NCBI GenBank assembly: GCA_019695375.1
Contig: JAIBAC010000001.1
Coordinates: forward strand, 25,638-89,637
Direction of reading: 5' to 3'
From: Acidimicrobiia bacterium
GTDB lineage: Bacteria; Actinomycetota; Acidimicrobiia; UBA2766
Length of the DNA: 64,000 nucleotides
Below the pieces are notes generated by a model. The model had not been told where the DNA came from, made no database searches, and was given only the letters and a program-made list of their open reading frames with translations. How positions within the stretch are numbered: position 1 is the first letter of the stretch; each line of letters begins with the position of its first letter. This document shows, piece by piece, positions 47,902 through 57,035 of this stretch. A program made the position numbers and the translations under genes.

Positions 47902-48801
47902 ATGTCGGGCGCAGGTGCCAACATCAAGAGCGGCCCCCGCCGGGTGCTGCTCGCCGCCGACTCGGCCCAGGACAGCTCCCAGTTCGCAAAAGCGCTCGAG
48001 CAGCTCGGCTGCCAGGTCTACATGTCGTCGCCGTCCAAGGTCGAGGAACTCGAGCAGCTCCTCGACCTGCTCGGACCGTCGGTCGTCGTGCTCACGGGCA
48101 GCTTCGACACCGACTTCCTCTCGGTCTACCGCCGCATCAAGACGCCGCCGCACCGGGCTCTGCTGCCGGTCATCTGCACGATCGGAGCCGGCGAGAGCAA
48201 GCTCGCGCTCATCCAGGCCGGTGTCGATGCCGTCATCGCCGAGCCGTGGGAGGCCGACGAGGTCAAGGCCGCTGTCGGCGGCATCCTCGAACGCGCTGCG
48301 ATCGTCGACCAGCACAAGGAGGTCGACGACCTCACAGGTGCTCTCACACCGTCGGCGACGAACGAACGCGTCGACTACGAGGTCTCGCGTGCGCGCCGCT
48401 ACCGCCGCCAGGGCTGCCTGTCGCTCGTCGACCTCGACAACTACGACAAGGTCCGCGAGGGTGTCGGCGAGCTCGCTGCCGACGCGGGAATGCGCCGCTT
48501 CAGCCAGATCGTGCGCCATGAGCTGCGCGAGACCGACATGCTCGGCCGCCTCGACGGCGACCGCTTCGCCGTGATCATGCCCGACACCGACCTGACCGGT
48601 GCGGTGCAGGCGATGCGCCGGGTGCTCGCGGTGATCGGATGCGCGACCGTCGACGTGCCCGGCGGACAGAAGGTGACCCTGGCGGCATCGGCGGGTGTCG
48701 GCGCGTTCGGCTCCGACGGACCCGAGGCGATCCTGTCACGGGTGTCCGGCGCCATCGACCGCGCCAAAGCCGCCGGCGGCGGCGCCCTCTTCACCGCCTG
48801 A
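47902..48801 (+). CDS. pseudo-receiver plus degenerate GGDEF domain protein (paralog 2)
   Basis: DDLTGAL...SLVDLDNYDKV...RLDGDRFAVIMPDT matches GGDEF fold with GGDEF replaced by DGDRF; N-terminal receiver-like fold lacking canonical Asp pocket. Confidence 0.6.
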   Translation: MSGAGANIKSGPRRVLLAADSAQDSSQFAKALEQLGCQVYMSSPSKVEELEQLLDLLGPSVVVLTGSFDTDFLSVYRRIKTPPHRALLPVICTIGAGESKLALIQAGVDAVIAEPWEADEVKAAVGGILERAAIVDQHKEVDDLTGALTPSATNERVDYEVSRARRYRRQGCLSLVDLDNYDKVREGVGELAADAGMRRFSQIVRHELRETDMLGRLDGDRFAVIMPDTDLTGAVQAMRRVLAVIGCATVDVPGGQKVTLAASAGVGAFGSDGPEAILSRVSGAIDRAKAAGGGALFTA

Positions 48802-48843
48802 GCAGGCCGAGGCGCTTCGCCGAGCGCCTCGGTGAACAAGGGC

Positions 48844-49338
48844 TCAGTCCTCGAGCACAGCGGCAGCGGTGAGCTCGGCGAGCTCGGCCTCGAGGTCGTC
48901 ACCTGCATCGGCTGAACGGGCAGCGAGGAAACCGAAGAGCAGGCCTGAGAGCGCGAATCCGCCCCAGAGCACACCGAGCGGCTTCTTGATCTCCCCACGG
49001 GCGGCAGCGGCGAACAGCGCGACAGCGTCGAGGCCGTCGACGACCATCGCGGCCTCGTACCACCCGCGTGCGTTGCCGTGGCGGCCGGCGAGGATCTGGC
49101 CCGCTCCGATGATCGCATCGCGGCTCCCGAAGAGGCGCATGGCGAGCCGGCCGCCGGGATCGAGGTCCGCGCCGAGGATCTTGCCTGCGATCGAAGGAGC
49201 GAGGAACGAGGCGACTCCGACACCGATGCGAGTGGCCGATACACCGACCTTCCAGCCCGTGCGCTCCACCGCCATCTGCGCCTCCGTGTCCGCCGGTTCG
49301 CCGACCCGCCGACCTCGACCGGCTGGATCGGGGCGCAC
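48844..49338 (-). CDS. small hydrophobic protein of unknown function
   Basis: ORF with GC3 bias and 3-4 predicted TM segments; start uncertain (ATG 49275 possible). Confidence 0.4.
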   Translation of the reverse strand: MRPDPAGRGRRVGEPADTEAQMAVERTGWKVGVSATRIGVGVASFLAPSIAGKILGADLDPGGRLAMRLFGSRDAIIGAGQILAGRHGNARGWYEAAMVVDGLDAVALFAAAARGEIKKPLGVLWGGFALSGLLFGFLAARSADAGDDLEAELAELTAAAVLED

Positions 49339-49368
49339 CCTACACGGGCGCGGCCACCCCGCCGGGGA

Positions 49369-50589
49369 TCAACCGAAGAGGTGGTCGCCGATCCGCAACA
49401 GGCCTCCGAGGTCGGCGATGTCCACCTCGAACTGGGGTACACGCGCGATGACGTCGGCGTTGCCGGTGGACAGCTCCGCCTGCATCTCGGCCTCGCGCTT
49501 GGCGACGACCGCGAAGTTCTCGAAGTTGTCGGCGATGGTGCGCAGGATCCCTGCCGTGCGCGCCTCGTCGCCGAAGGCGACCGGGTCGAGGGCGTCGAGG
49601 CGCTTGGCCGTCTCACCGGCGTTGGCGACGTCGTCGAGACGTTGCGCGACGGCCGCTGCCGCGGGGTCGTGGAGGAAGTCCGGCAGCGCGCGGTTCAGCA
49701 CCAGCGCGCCGAGGTCGAAGTCGAGCTCCTCGAGCTTGGTGCAGAAGAACTCCGCCTCGGCGAGCGGTGCCGACTCCAGGGTGCTCACGACGCAGAACGT
49801 CGTGCGGCGGTCGTGCAGCAGCTTCTCGACCTCGCGGGCGCGGGTCACGAAGCCCTCCTGCATCGACTGGAAGTTGAGGAAGAACTCTCCGAGACGGCGC
49901 ATGAAGTCTCCGCCGAGAAGGCGGTCGGCCATGCGGTAGAACGGCCGCGCGGCGAAGTCCAGCGCGCGCACGCCGCGTTTGCCGCCGACCTTGTACGGAA
50001 GCGTGAGCACACGCAGGAACCAGCCGCCGAAGAAGTCCGCCATCCGCTCCGGCGCCTCCAGGAAGTCGATGGCGTTGCGCGTGGGAGGCGTGTCGATGAC
50101 GATGAGGTCGTACTCGCCGGAGCGGTGCAGCTCGTAGAGGCGCTCCATCGCGATGTACTCGTGGGCGTTGATGAAGCGGCCGGTGATGTTGTGGTACAGC
50201 GGGTTCTCGAGGATCTTGTACGCCGTCTCCTCGTCCGGCGCGTACCGGTGCACGAGGTCGTCCCAGCTCCGTTTGGTGTCGAGCATCGCCGCGAACATGC
50301 GCCCGCGCGGCTCCACGCCCGCCTCACGGAACTTCTCAGTCGGCACCTCGCGCGCGACGTTGCCGATGCCCTCGAGACCGAGCGCCGTGGCGAGGCGGCG
50401 TGCGGGGTCGACCGTGAGCACGAGGACGGAACCGCCGAGCCGAGCCGCCGCCACTGCGGCCGCGGCCGCAGCCGCCGACGTCTTGCCGACCCCGCCGGAG
50501 CCGCAGAAGATCACCATCTCCTTGGACGCGAGAAGGTGCTCGAACGACGTGTGCACCGACGTGTCGTCGCGCCTGCGGGTCCGGCTCAC
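49369..50589 (-). CDS. ArsA-family (Get3-like) ATPase
   Basis: P-loop CGSGGVGKT, DTPPT motif; paired with second ArsA-like gene. Confidence 0.75.
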   Translation of the reverse strand: MSRTRRRDDTSVHTSFEHLLASKEMVIFCGSGGVGKTSAAAAAAAVAAARLGGSVLVLTVDPARRLATALGLEGIGNVAREVPTEKFREAGVEPRGRMFAAMLDTKRSWDDLVHRYAPDEETAYKILENPLYHNITGRFINAHEYIAMERLYELHRSGEYDLIVIDTPPTRNAIDFLEAPERMADFFGGWFLRVLTLPYKVGGKRGVRALDFAARPFYRMADRLLGGDFMRRLGEFFLNFQSMQEGFVTRAREVEKLLHDRRTTFCVVSTLESAPLAEAEFFCTKLEELDFDLGALVLNRALPDFLHDPAAAAVAQRLDDVANAGETAKRLDALDPVAFGDEARTAGILRTIADNFENFAVVAKREAEMQAELSTGNADVIARVPQFEVDIADLGGLLRIGDHLFG

Positions 50590-51581
50590 AGGCCCATCTC
50601 CGCTGCCAGAGCGTCTGCCACGAGGCGTGTCGCCCGCTTGCCGTGGCTGCGCGTGAACAGATACGGGACGTACATCATCGGGAGCGGCACCTCCGATCGG
50701 AGGCGCCGGATGTGCTCAACCCGCGTGCGCCGCAGCGTCACTGCGAGGCGGGCGGCTTCGAGGACCGGCTCGAGCGGAGCGCCGACCACCGATTCGGCTG
50801 CTTCGACGGCGTCGGCGTCACCGAGGCGATCGAACGTGTCTTCCTCGGCCGTCGTGAACAGCTCGGGCAGCACACGGTTGACCACGACGCCTGCGAGGCG
50901 GACGTCGAGTGCCTCCGTCGCGTGGTAGAGCTCGATCGTCTCCGAAACCGGCATCTCCTCGGGCGTCGCCACGATCAGCAGCGCCGTGCGGTTCGGATCG
51001 GCGAGCACCTCGCGCATCCAATCGGTCTGGGTGCGCACCATCCCGACCTCGAACAGTTCGTTGATCGCGGCCGGGGCGTCGAGCTGGCCGACGATGCGCC
51101 CCGTCGGGGCGGCGTCGACGACGATCAGGTCCCACTTGAAGTCGACACCTTCGGTCAGCGTCGCCTCGTACGCGATCTTGCCGACCGTGAGGATCTCCTT
51201 GACCCCCGGCGCCGCGTTGGCGACGAACTCGAAGATCGACGAGAGCGGCCCGATGCGGCTCATCATCCCCATCTTGAGGAAGATCTGGAGGTACTCGCGC
51301 AGTGAGTCCTCGGTGTTCATCGTCATCGACCACAGTCCGGGACGGATCTCGACGGGGTCGTAACCCACCCGCGGGTGCTCGAAGAAGTCGGTCAGGTTGC
51401 CCTTGGCGTCGACCTCGACCATGAGCGTGCGCTTGCCGAGGCTCGCCGCCAGCTCACCGATGGCAGCCGCGATGGTCGACTTGCCGGTGCCGCCCTTGCC
51501 GGTGACGAAGAGGAGCTGGCGACCGAGCAGATCGAGCGCAGACGTGGGGTCAGCGCTCTGTGCCTCGGGGACGGCGTTCAT
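50586..51581 (-). CDS. ArsA-family ATPase (second paralog)
   Basis: P-loop GKGGTGKST, VVDAAPTG motif; ATGA overlap with downstream paralog. Confidence 0.75.
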   Translation of the reverse strand: MNAVPEAQSADPTSALDLLGRQLLFVTGKGGTGKSTIAAAIGELAASLGKRTLMVEVDAKGNLTDFFEHPRVGYDPVEIRPGLWSMTMNTEDSLREYLQIFLKMGMMSRIGPLSSIFEFVANAAPGVKEILTVGKIAYEATLTEGVDFKWDLIVVDAAPTGRIVGQLDAPAAINELFEVGMVRTQTDWMREVLADPNRTALLIVATPEEMPVSETIELYHATEALDVRLAGVVVNRVLPELFTTAEEDTFDRLGDADAVEAAESVVGAPLEPVLEAARLAVTLRRTRVEHIRRLRSEVPLPMMYVPYLFTRSHGKRATRLVADALAAEMGL

Positions 51582-51632
51582 CCCAAGCAGGTTTGCAGGA
51601 TTCGTCGGTAACGGCGAAACCGTGCCCGTCCG

Positions 51633-51869
51633 TCACGCCATGAAACCGATACCGCCGGCCTTCGAGCCGTCCTCGACCTCGACGTAGGTGAGCTTGTCGG
51701 TGGGCACGACGACCGTCTTGCCCTTGGAGTCTGTGACCCGCACGAACTTGTCGGCGGCGCTGATCGCGCTGGTAAGCGACTCGAGCACGTCACCGGCTTC
51801 GCCTTCGACCTCGAGCTCGAGCTCCTTGGCGGAGAAAACCACGCCGAGATGAACCTTGGTCGTCGCCAT
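51633..51869 (-). CDS. DUF3107-family small protein
   Basis: 78 aa MATTKVHLGVVFSAKELELE... typical of actinobacterial DUF3107 found next to ArsA pair. Confidence 0.6.
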   Translation of the reverse strand: MATTKVHLGVVFSAKELELEVEGEAGDVLESLTSAISAADKFVRVTDSKGKTVVVPTDKLTYVEVEDGSKAGGIGFMA

Positions 51870-51902
51870 CGTCGAAAGCCTCTCAGGTCTGCGGGGTCGG
51901 TC

Positions 51903-52595
51903 TCACGGGTCGACGCTCGGTCGACGCGGGTCGGAGCCGGGCGATCTTACATTGGCCCATCCGCCGTGGTGACGCTGCGCCCAAGCGCGGTCGACGTGTC
52001 CGGTGGCCATCCCTCGCAGGGCCTCGCGGTCACGAAGGCCGAGCACGACGTGCCCTGCGACGACGAGGACAAGCGCGGCGGCCGTCAGGTCGTGGACGAG
52101 GTTTGCGCCCGCCTTGAGCCACTGCGGGAAGTGGGTGTGGAAGAACATGATCGTGCCGGTGCCGGCGAGCACCGCGATCGCGGCGGCTGTGAACGCGGCG
52201 TTGAGCTTCTGGCCGGGATTGAACTTGCCGACCGGTGGTGGAGGGACACCGCCACGGCGCGCGAAGAGGTCGGCGCGCCAGCCGCCGTGGACCCAGTCTG
52301 CGTCGGCGGCGTCGCGCAGGTCGATCTCGCGCAGGTCGGCGCGCAGGCCCCGGCCCCACGATCCCGCCAATGCGAGCAGTGCCCAGGCGACGATCGAATA
52401 GCCAGCGGTGTCGTGGGCGACACGTACGAGCTCGCGACGACCGACGGCCTCCGACAGCGCCGGGACGAACATGATCGCCCCCGTCGCCGCGAGGACGGCG
52501 AACCCGACTGCGTTGGCCCAGTGGAACGCACGCGTGTTCAGGTCGAAGCGCCGGACCGTCACGGGCGAGGCGTGTTCAGGTGGACTTGTAGCCAT
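51903..52595 (-). CDS. cytochrome b (Ni/Fe-hydrogenase-type b561) membrane subunit
   Basis: 4 TM helices with conserved His (FHWANAVGF, AHDTAGY, FFHTHF); start uncertain (52595 or GTG 52562). Confidence 0.6.
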   Translation of the reverse strand: MATSPPEHASPVTVRRFDLNTRAFHWANAVGFAVLAATGAIMFVPALSEAVGRRELVRVAHDTAGYSIVAWALLALAGSWGRGLRADLREIDLRDAADADWVHGGWRADLFARRGGVPPPPVGKFNPGQKLNAAFTAAAIAVLAGTGTIMFFHTHFPQWLKAGANLVHDLTAAALVLVVAGHVVLGLRDREALRGMATGHVDRAWAQRHHGGWANVRSPGSDPRRPSVDP

Positions 52596-53301
52596 TGGAC
52601 GCACCAACCCATCCGTCCTGGTCGTAGCCGCGCACCTCCCAGTATCCGGGGTCGGCCGAGTCGGTGACCGTGATCTCGCTCACCCACTTGGTGCCCTTGT
52701 AGCCGTACATCGACGGCACGATCACCCGCGCCGGGTAGCCCTGGGCCTGTGACAGCGGTTCACCGCCGAGGTGGGTGGCGATGAGGTTCTCGGGCCGGCG
52801 GGCCTGCTCCATCGTGAGCGACTCGGTGTAGGCGCCGTCGAAGCTGGCGAAGGCCACAGCGCCGTCCGTGCTCGACGCGCCGGCTGCGTCGAGCACGGTT
52901 GCGAGCGGCACCCCGCTCCACACGCAGTCGTAGACGCTCCAGCCGGTGACGCAGTGGAAGTCACTGGTCTCGTCGACTGTGCCGAGTCCTCGGAGGCTCC
53001 CGTAGTCCAGCGACAGGGGGCTGTCGACGTCACCGGCGACGGCGAGGCGCCAATCTGCGAGGCTCGCAGTGGGCAACGAGTCGGTGACGGTGTAGATGCG
53101 GAACCTTCCCGTCGGCAGGACGCGCGACACCGTCTGCTGGGCGGCCTTGCCCAACACACCGGCGACGACCGTGGCGCCGGCCCCGAGACCGACCAGAGAC
53201 AGGAACGCCCGCCTTCCGACGCCGCGGCGCACCGGCTCGAGCGCGCCGGCCTCGACGGCGTCGGTTACGTCGCCGGCTGCGGGTGAGTCGCTCATCCCCA
53301 C
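52576..53301 (-). CDS. molybdopterin-dependent oxidoreductase, sulfite-oxidase family (MsrP/YedY-like) with Tat signal
   Basis: RRAFLSLVGLGAGA twin-arginine signal; Moco-binding Cys region (FHCVTGWS). Confidence 0.75.
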   Translation of the reverse strand: MGMSDSPAAGDVTDAVEAGALEPVRRGVGRRAFLSLVGLGAGATVVAGVLGKAAQQTVSRVLPTGRFRIYTVTDSLPTASLADWRLAVAGDVDSPLSLDYGSLRGLGTVDETSDFHCVTGWSVYDCVWSGVPLATVLDAAGASSTDGAVAFASFDGAYTESLTMEQARRPENLIATHLGGEPLSQAQGYPARVIVPSMYGYKGTKWVSEITVTDSADPGYWEVRGYDQDGWVGASNGYKST

Positions 53302-53350
53302 AGTCTCGTCCGCGTACCGGCGGTGGTCATGGGTTCTCTGCAGCCTCGTG

Positions 53351-54475
53351 TCACATGAGCTTCAGCTCAGGGCGGCGGATCCTGGTTCGCTGCGTGGCGG
53401 CGATCGCGTCCGCGATGCGGACGATCTCGGTGGCCGCAGGCGAGTCGGGGTGGGCTGCGACCACCGGGCGTCCCGCGTCGGCACCCTCACGCAGGACCTC
53501 GTCGATGGGGACCTGGCCCAGGAGCGGCACGTCGAGGTGCTCCGCGAGAGCCTCGCCGCCACCCTCTCCGAAGATGGCACGGTGGCTGCCGTCGGCCTCG
53601 ACGAGCCAGCTCATGTTCTCGATCACACCGAGAACCCGCTGGTTCGCCTTCTTCGCCATCGCGCCGGCTCGCACCGCGACCCGCTGCGCGGCGAGCTGCG
53701 GTGTCGTGACCACGACGACCTCGACCGTCGGCAGGAACTGCGAGAGCGAGATCGCTATGTCGCCCGTCCCCGGCGGCATGTCGACGAGGAGGTAGTCGAG
53801 CTCACCCCAGTACACGTCGACGAGGAACTGCTCCATCGCCTTGTGCAGCATCGGGCCGCGCCACACCACGGCCTGGTCCTCGTCGACGAAGTAGCCGATC
53901 GAGACGCAGCGCACACCGTGGACCTCCGGCGGCACGATCACGCGCCCGACGAGGTTGGGGGGACGGTCGACGCCGAGCATCCGCGGTATCGAGAAGCCCC
54001 AGACGTCGGCGTCGACGAGGCCCACTGCGGCGCCGTCCCGCGCAAGGGCGACGGCGAGGTTCGTGGTGATCGACGACTTCCCGACGCCGCCCTTGCCCGA
54101 GCTGACGGCGATCACGCGGGCGCGCGAAGCCCCCGATTGGAAGACGTTCTCACGGGTCTGACCCGGCATCGAGTCGGGAGCGACCTCGAGCACCTCCATC
54201 AGGCGGTCGAGCTCGGCGTCGTCCATCGTGTGCACGTCGAGCTCGACACGATCGCCGGCGGCAGCACCCACGGCGGTGGACTCGATCGAGGCGAGCAGGG
54301 CGTCGCGCCAGGGGTGGGAGTCCGAGGTGAGCGCGACCTCGACGGTCAGGCGGCCACCCTCGCGGCGCAGATCGGAGATCATCCCCAGCTCGACGATCGA
54401 GCGGCGCAGCTCGGGATCCTCCACTTCTGACAGCGCTTCGCGGACGGCTCCCAGTACGGCGTCGTCAGTTGCCAT
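53351..54475 (-). CDS. mrp: Mrp/ApbC-family Fe-S cluster carrier ATPase with N-terminal DUF59-like domain
   Basis: P-loop SGKGGVGKSS, CxxC-type motif region; start ATG 54475 within very long ORF. Confidence 0.85.
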   Translation of the reverse strand: MATDDAVLGAVREALSEVEDPELRRSIVELGMISDLRREGGRLTVEVALTSDSHPWRDALLASIESTAVGAAAGDRVELDVHTMDDAELDRLMEVLEVAPDSMPGQTRENVFQSGASRARVIAVSSGKGGVGKSSITTNLAVALARDGAAVGLVDADVWGFSIPRMLGVDRPPNLVGRVIVPPEVHGVRCVSIGYFVDEDQAVVWRGPMLHKAMEQFLVDVYWGELDYLLVDMPPGTGDIAISLSQFLPTVEVVVVTTPQLAAQRVAVRAGAMAKKANQRVLGVIENMSWLVEADGSHRAIFGEGGGEALAEHLDVPLLGQVPIDEVLREGADAGRPVVAAHPDSPAATEIVRIADAIAATQRTRIRRPELKLM

Positions 54476-54523
54476 GGGCAGCGTTTCCTCGCTCAGGGGG
54501 ACTGCCCGAAAACTATAATCACC

Positions 54524-55336
54524 ATGTCCGTAGGAGAAATTCGGCGCAGCACGCGCTGGAGTTCGTACCGAAAGATGCCCCCTACAGTGCCCTCGACGGC
54601 TCCACGCCCGACCCCGACACCACCCGACCCGCCTGCCCCGCAGGCCGGGTTGTCGGAGCGTCTCGACGAGGTGAGCCGCGCCTTCGGCGACCCCACACGG
54701 CGCGCCATCTACTTCGAGGTCGTCGACTCCGGCAGCACGACCGTCGCCCACATCGCCGACCGTTTCGGCGTGCACCCGAACGTCGCCCGCCACCACCTCG
54801 AACGCCTCCTCGTCGACGGATACCTCGAGGTCGCGGCGCCCGAGGCGCACAGCCGCCGCGGAGCCGGTAGGCCGTCCAAGCGCTACGTGCCCTCGGCCAA
54901 GGAGGTCGGCCTCGGCGTCGAGACCGCCCACGACGAGCACCTCCTCGTCGAACTGCTGCTCGCGACGCTCACGACGCTTGAACCCGCCGATGCGTCGCGC
55001 CTCGCCGAGCAGGCAGGCGCCGAGTACGGCCGGCGCCTCGCCTCTTCCTCGCTCACCCCCGACCAGCAGTGCGAGTCCCACGACCAGCTCCTGGCCTCGG
55101 TCGCGGCCTCCCTGTCGGACCACGGCTTCGCCGCGACGGCCAATCCCGGCAACGACGAGATCGTGAGCGAGGCGTGCCCGTTCGGCGAGATCGCCCAGCG
55201 GTTCCCCCACGTCGTCTGTGCCCTGGACCACGGGATGGTCCGCGGCATGGTCGAACACCTGAGCGGAACACCCGTCGAGATACGGCAGGGACGCAGCCGC
55301 GCCCAGGGTGACGCCGCCTGCGCCACGAGCTTCTGA
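54524..55336 (+). CDS. ArsR/SufR-type winged-helix regulator with C-terminal Cys-containing domain
   Basis: HTH (TVAHIADRFGVHPNVARHHLERLLVDGYL), C-terminal Cys residues (SEACPFG...VVCALDHG); directly upstream of cysteine desulfurase. Confidence 0.55.
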   Translation: MSVGEIRRSTRWSSYRKMPPTVPSTAPRPTPTPPDPPAPQAGLSERLDEVSRAFGDPTRRAIYFEVVDSGSTTVAHIADRFGVHPNVARHHLERLLVDGYLEVAAPEAHSRRGAGRPSKRYVPSAKEVGLGVETAHDEHLLVELLLATLTTLEPADASRLAEQAGAEYGRRLASSSLTPDQQCESHDQLLASVAASLSDHGFAATANPGNDEIVSEACPFGEIAQRFPHVVCALDHGMVRGMVEHLSGTPVEIRQGRSRAQGDAACATSF

Positions 55337-55338
55337 CC

Positions 55339-56448
55339 GTGACGGTCTACCTCGACCACGCCTCCGCGACCCCGATCGTGCCGCAAGCACGAGCCGCGAT
55401 GGCACCGTGGCTCGAACGCGCCGCCGATCCGGCGCGGGTCCACTCCGATGGGCGTGAGGCACGCGCGGCGGTGGAGGCGGCGCGCGACCAGGTCGGCGAG
55501 CGTCTCGGGGTGCGGCCTCGCGACGTGATCTTCACCGGTAGCGGCACCGAAGCACTGAACTGGGTCGTCTACGCCGCGGCAGGGCTCACCCCCAAGTCAC
55601 GCGGACCGTGGGGGCGGCGGATCGTGGTCACCGCCGTAGAGCACACCGCCGTCCTCGACGCAGCCCGCCTCGCTGCGACTCGTGCGGGCCTCGACCTCGT
55701 CGAGATCCCTGTGGACACGGACGGTTCGATCTCGCCGTTCGAGGTGCCGCCCGACACGGCACTGGTCGCATGCCAGCACGTCAACCACGAGACAGGCGTC
55801 GTGCAGCCGGTCGAGGAGGTCGCCGAGCGCTGTGCCGGTGCCGGCGCGCGGCTCCTCGTGGATGCGTGCCAGTCCGTCGGCGTCACCGTCCCACACGCTG
55901 ACTTCGTCGTCGTCTCGGGCCGCAAATGGGGCGGGCCGGCAGGTACCGGGGCGCTCGGGCTCGGGCGGCGCGTTCGCATCGACCCGCTCCTCGTGGGAGG
56001 CGAGCAGGAGCTGTTGCGCCGCGCAGGTGGTGAGAACGTCAGCGGCATCGTCGGCCTCGGTGCTGCGTGCGCCACACCGTTCCCCGACCTCGTGGGCCTG
56101 CGCGACGACCTCGTCGCGGGCCTGGGGTCGATCGCCGGCGTCGAAGTCGTCGGCCTCGGCGCACGCCGCGCTCCGCAGATCGTGTGCGCGACGGCGACTC
56201 CCCTAGGCGGCGAGGCTCTCCTGATCGGCCTCGACCGTGCCGGGATCATGGCGAACTCGGGATCGTCGTGCTCGGCGGAGCGCCTCGAACCGAGCCACGT
56301 GCTGCGAGCCATGGGAGCCGACGCTGACTCGTCACTGCGCTTCGGGCTCGGATGGGACACGACCGCGTCGGACATCGCCGCCGTGAACGACACCCTGCCC
56401 AGCCTCGTCGCCGAACTGCGCTCCCTGAGGGAGCACGCCGGTGCCTGA
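55339..56448 (+). CDS. cysteine desulfurase (class V aminotransferase, NifS/IscS-like)
   Basis: PLP Lys region (VVSGRKWGGPAGTG), active-site SGSSCS. Confidence 0.8.
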   Translation: MTVYLDHASATPIVPQARAAMAPWLERAADPARVHSDGREARAAVEAARDQVGERLGVRPRDVIFTGSGTEALNWVVYAAAGLTPKSRGPWGRRIVVTAVEHTAVLDAARLAATRAGLDLVEIPVDTDGSISPFEVPPDTALVACQHVNHETGVVQPVEEVAERCAGAGARLLVDACQSVGVTVPHADFVVVSGRKWGGPAGTGALGLGRRVRIDPLLVGGEQELLRRAGGENVSGIVGLGAACATPFPDLVGLRDDLVAGLGSIAGVEVVGLGARRAPQIVCATATPLGGEALLIGLDRAGIMANSGSSCSAERLEPSHVLRAMGADADSSLRFGLGWDTTASDIAAVNDTLPSLVAELRSLREHAGA

Positions 56449-57025
56449 CGACACGAAGACCGAGAGCGAGAGCACGCAGCGGTGGACCCGACTCGTGCTG
56501 ATCGGCGCGATCGTGCTCGTGCCCACGATGCTCGTGGCGTTCCTCGTGTTCAGCACCGAACGTGGATCCGCTCCCGCAGCCGTGGGGCCCGTCACGGCTG
56601 CACCCGTCCTCGCCGACGGGCGCTCCGCCACACGCGAGTTGATCGCGTCCCTCGACCCGTCGCTGGCGTGCGTGGCGATCGACCAGACCACGATCGCACG
56701 TGTCGACGAGCTCGTCGCCGGGAGCCACCTCGAGCTCGACCAGGTCCCTCCCCCGGCCGGCGCCGTCGCGTGCGACGGCGGTGGACTCGAGCGCAACTAC
56801 ATCGTGTTCAGGCGTGCCGACGACGCACGTTCGCTCTTCGAGGCGGCGGCTTCGGTCGCAGGCGCCACCCCTGTCACGTCCGGGCCCGCAACCGGGTGCC
56901 GCAACTTCGCCGTCGCCGGAACCGGCGCCGTGACGGTCCTCTGCGACGACCACCCCGACGTCGTGTGGACCGCCCGTGCCGCAGGACTCGACGCCACTGC
57001 GGTGCTGGCTCAACTCGCTGGATAG
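56441..57025 (+). CDS. membrane-anchored protein of unknown function
   Basis: Single N-terminal TM (LVLIGAIVLVPTMLVAFLVF), 8-nt overlap with desulfurase. Confidence 0.45.
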   Translation: MPDDTKTESESTQRWTRLVLIGAIVLVPTMLVAFLVFSTERGSAPAAVGPVTAAPVLADGRSATRELIASLDPSLACVAIDQTTIARVDELVAGSHLELDQVPPPAGAVACDGGGLERNYIVFRRADDARSLFEAAASVAGATPVTSGPATGCRNFAVAGTGAVTVLCDDHPDVVWTARAAGLDATAVLAQLAG

Positions 57026-57035
57026 GCTGGCCTCG

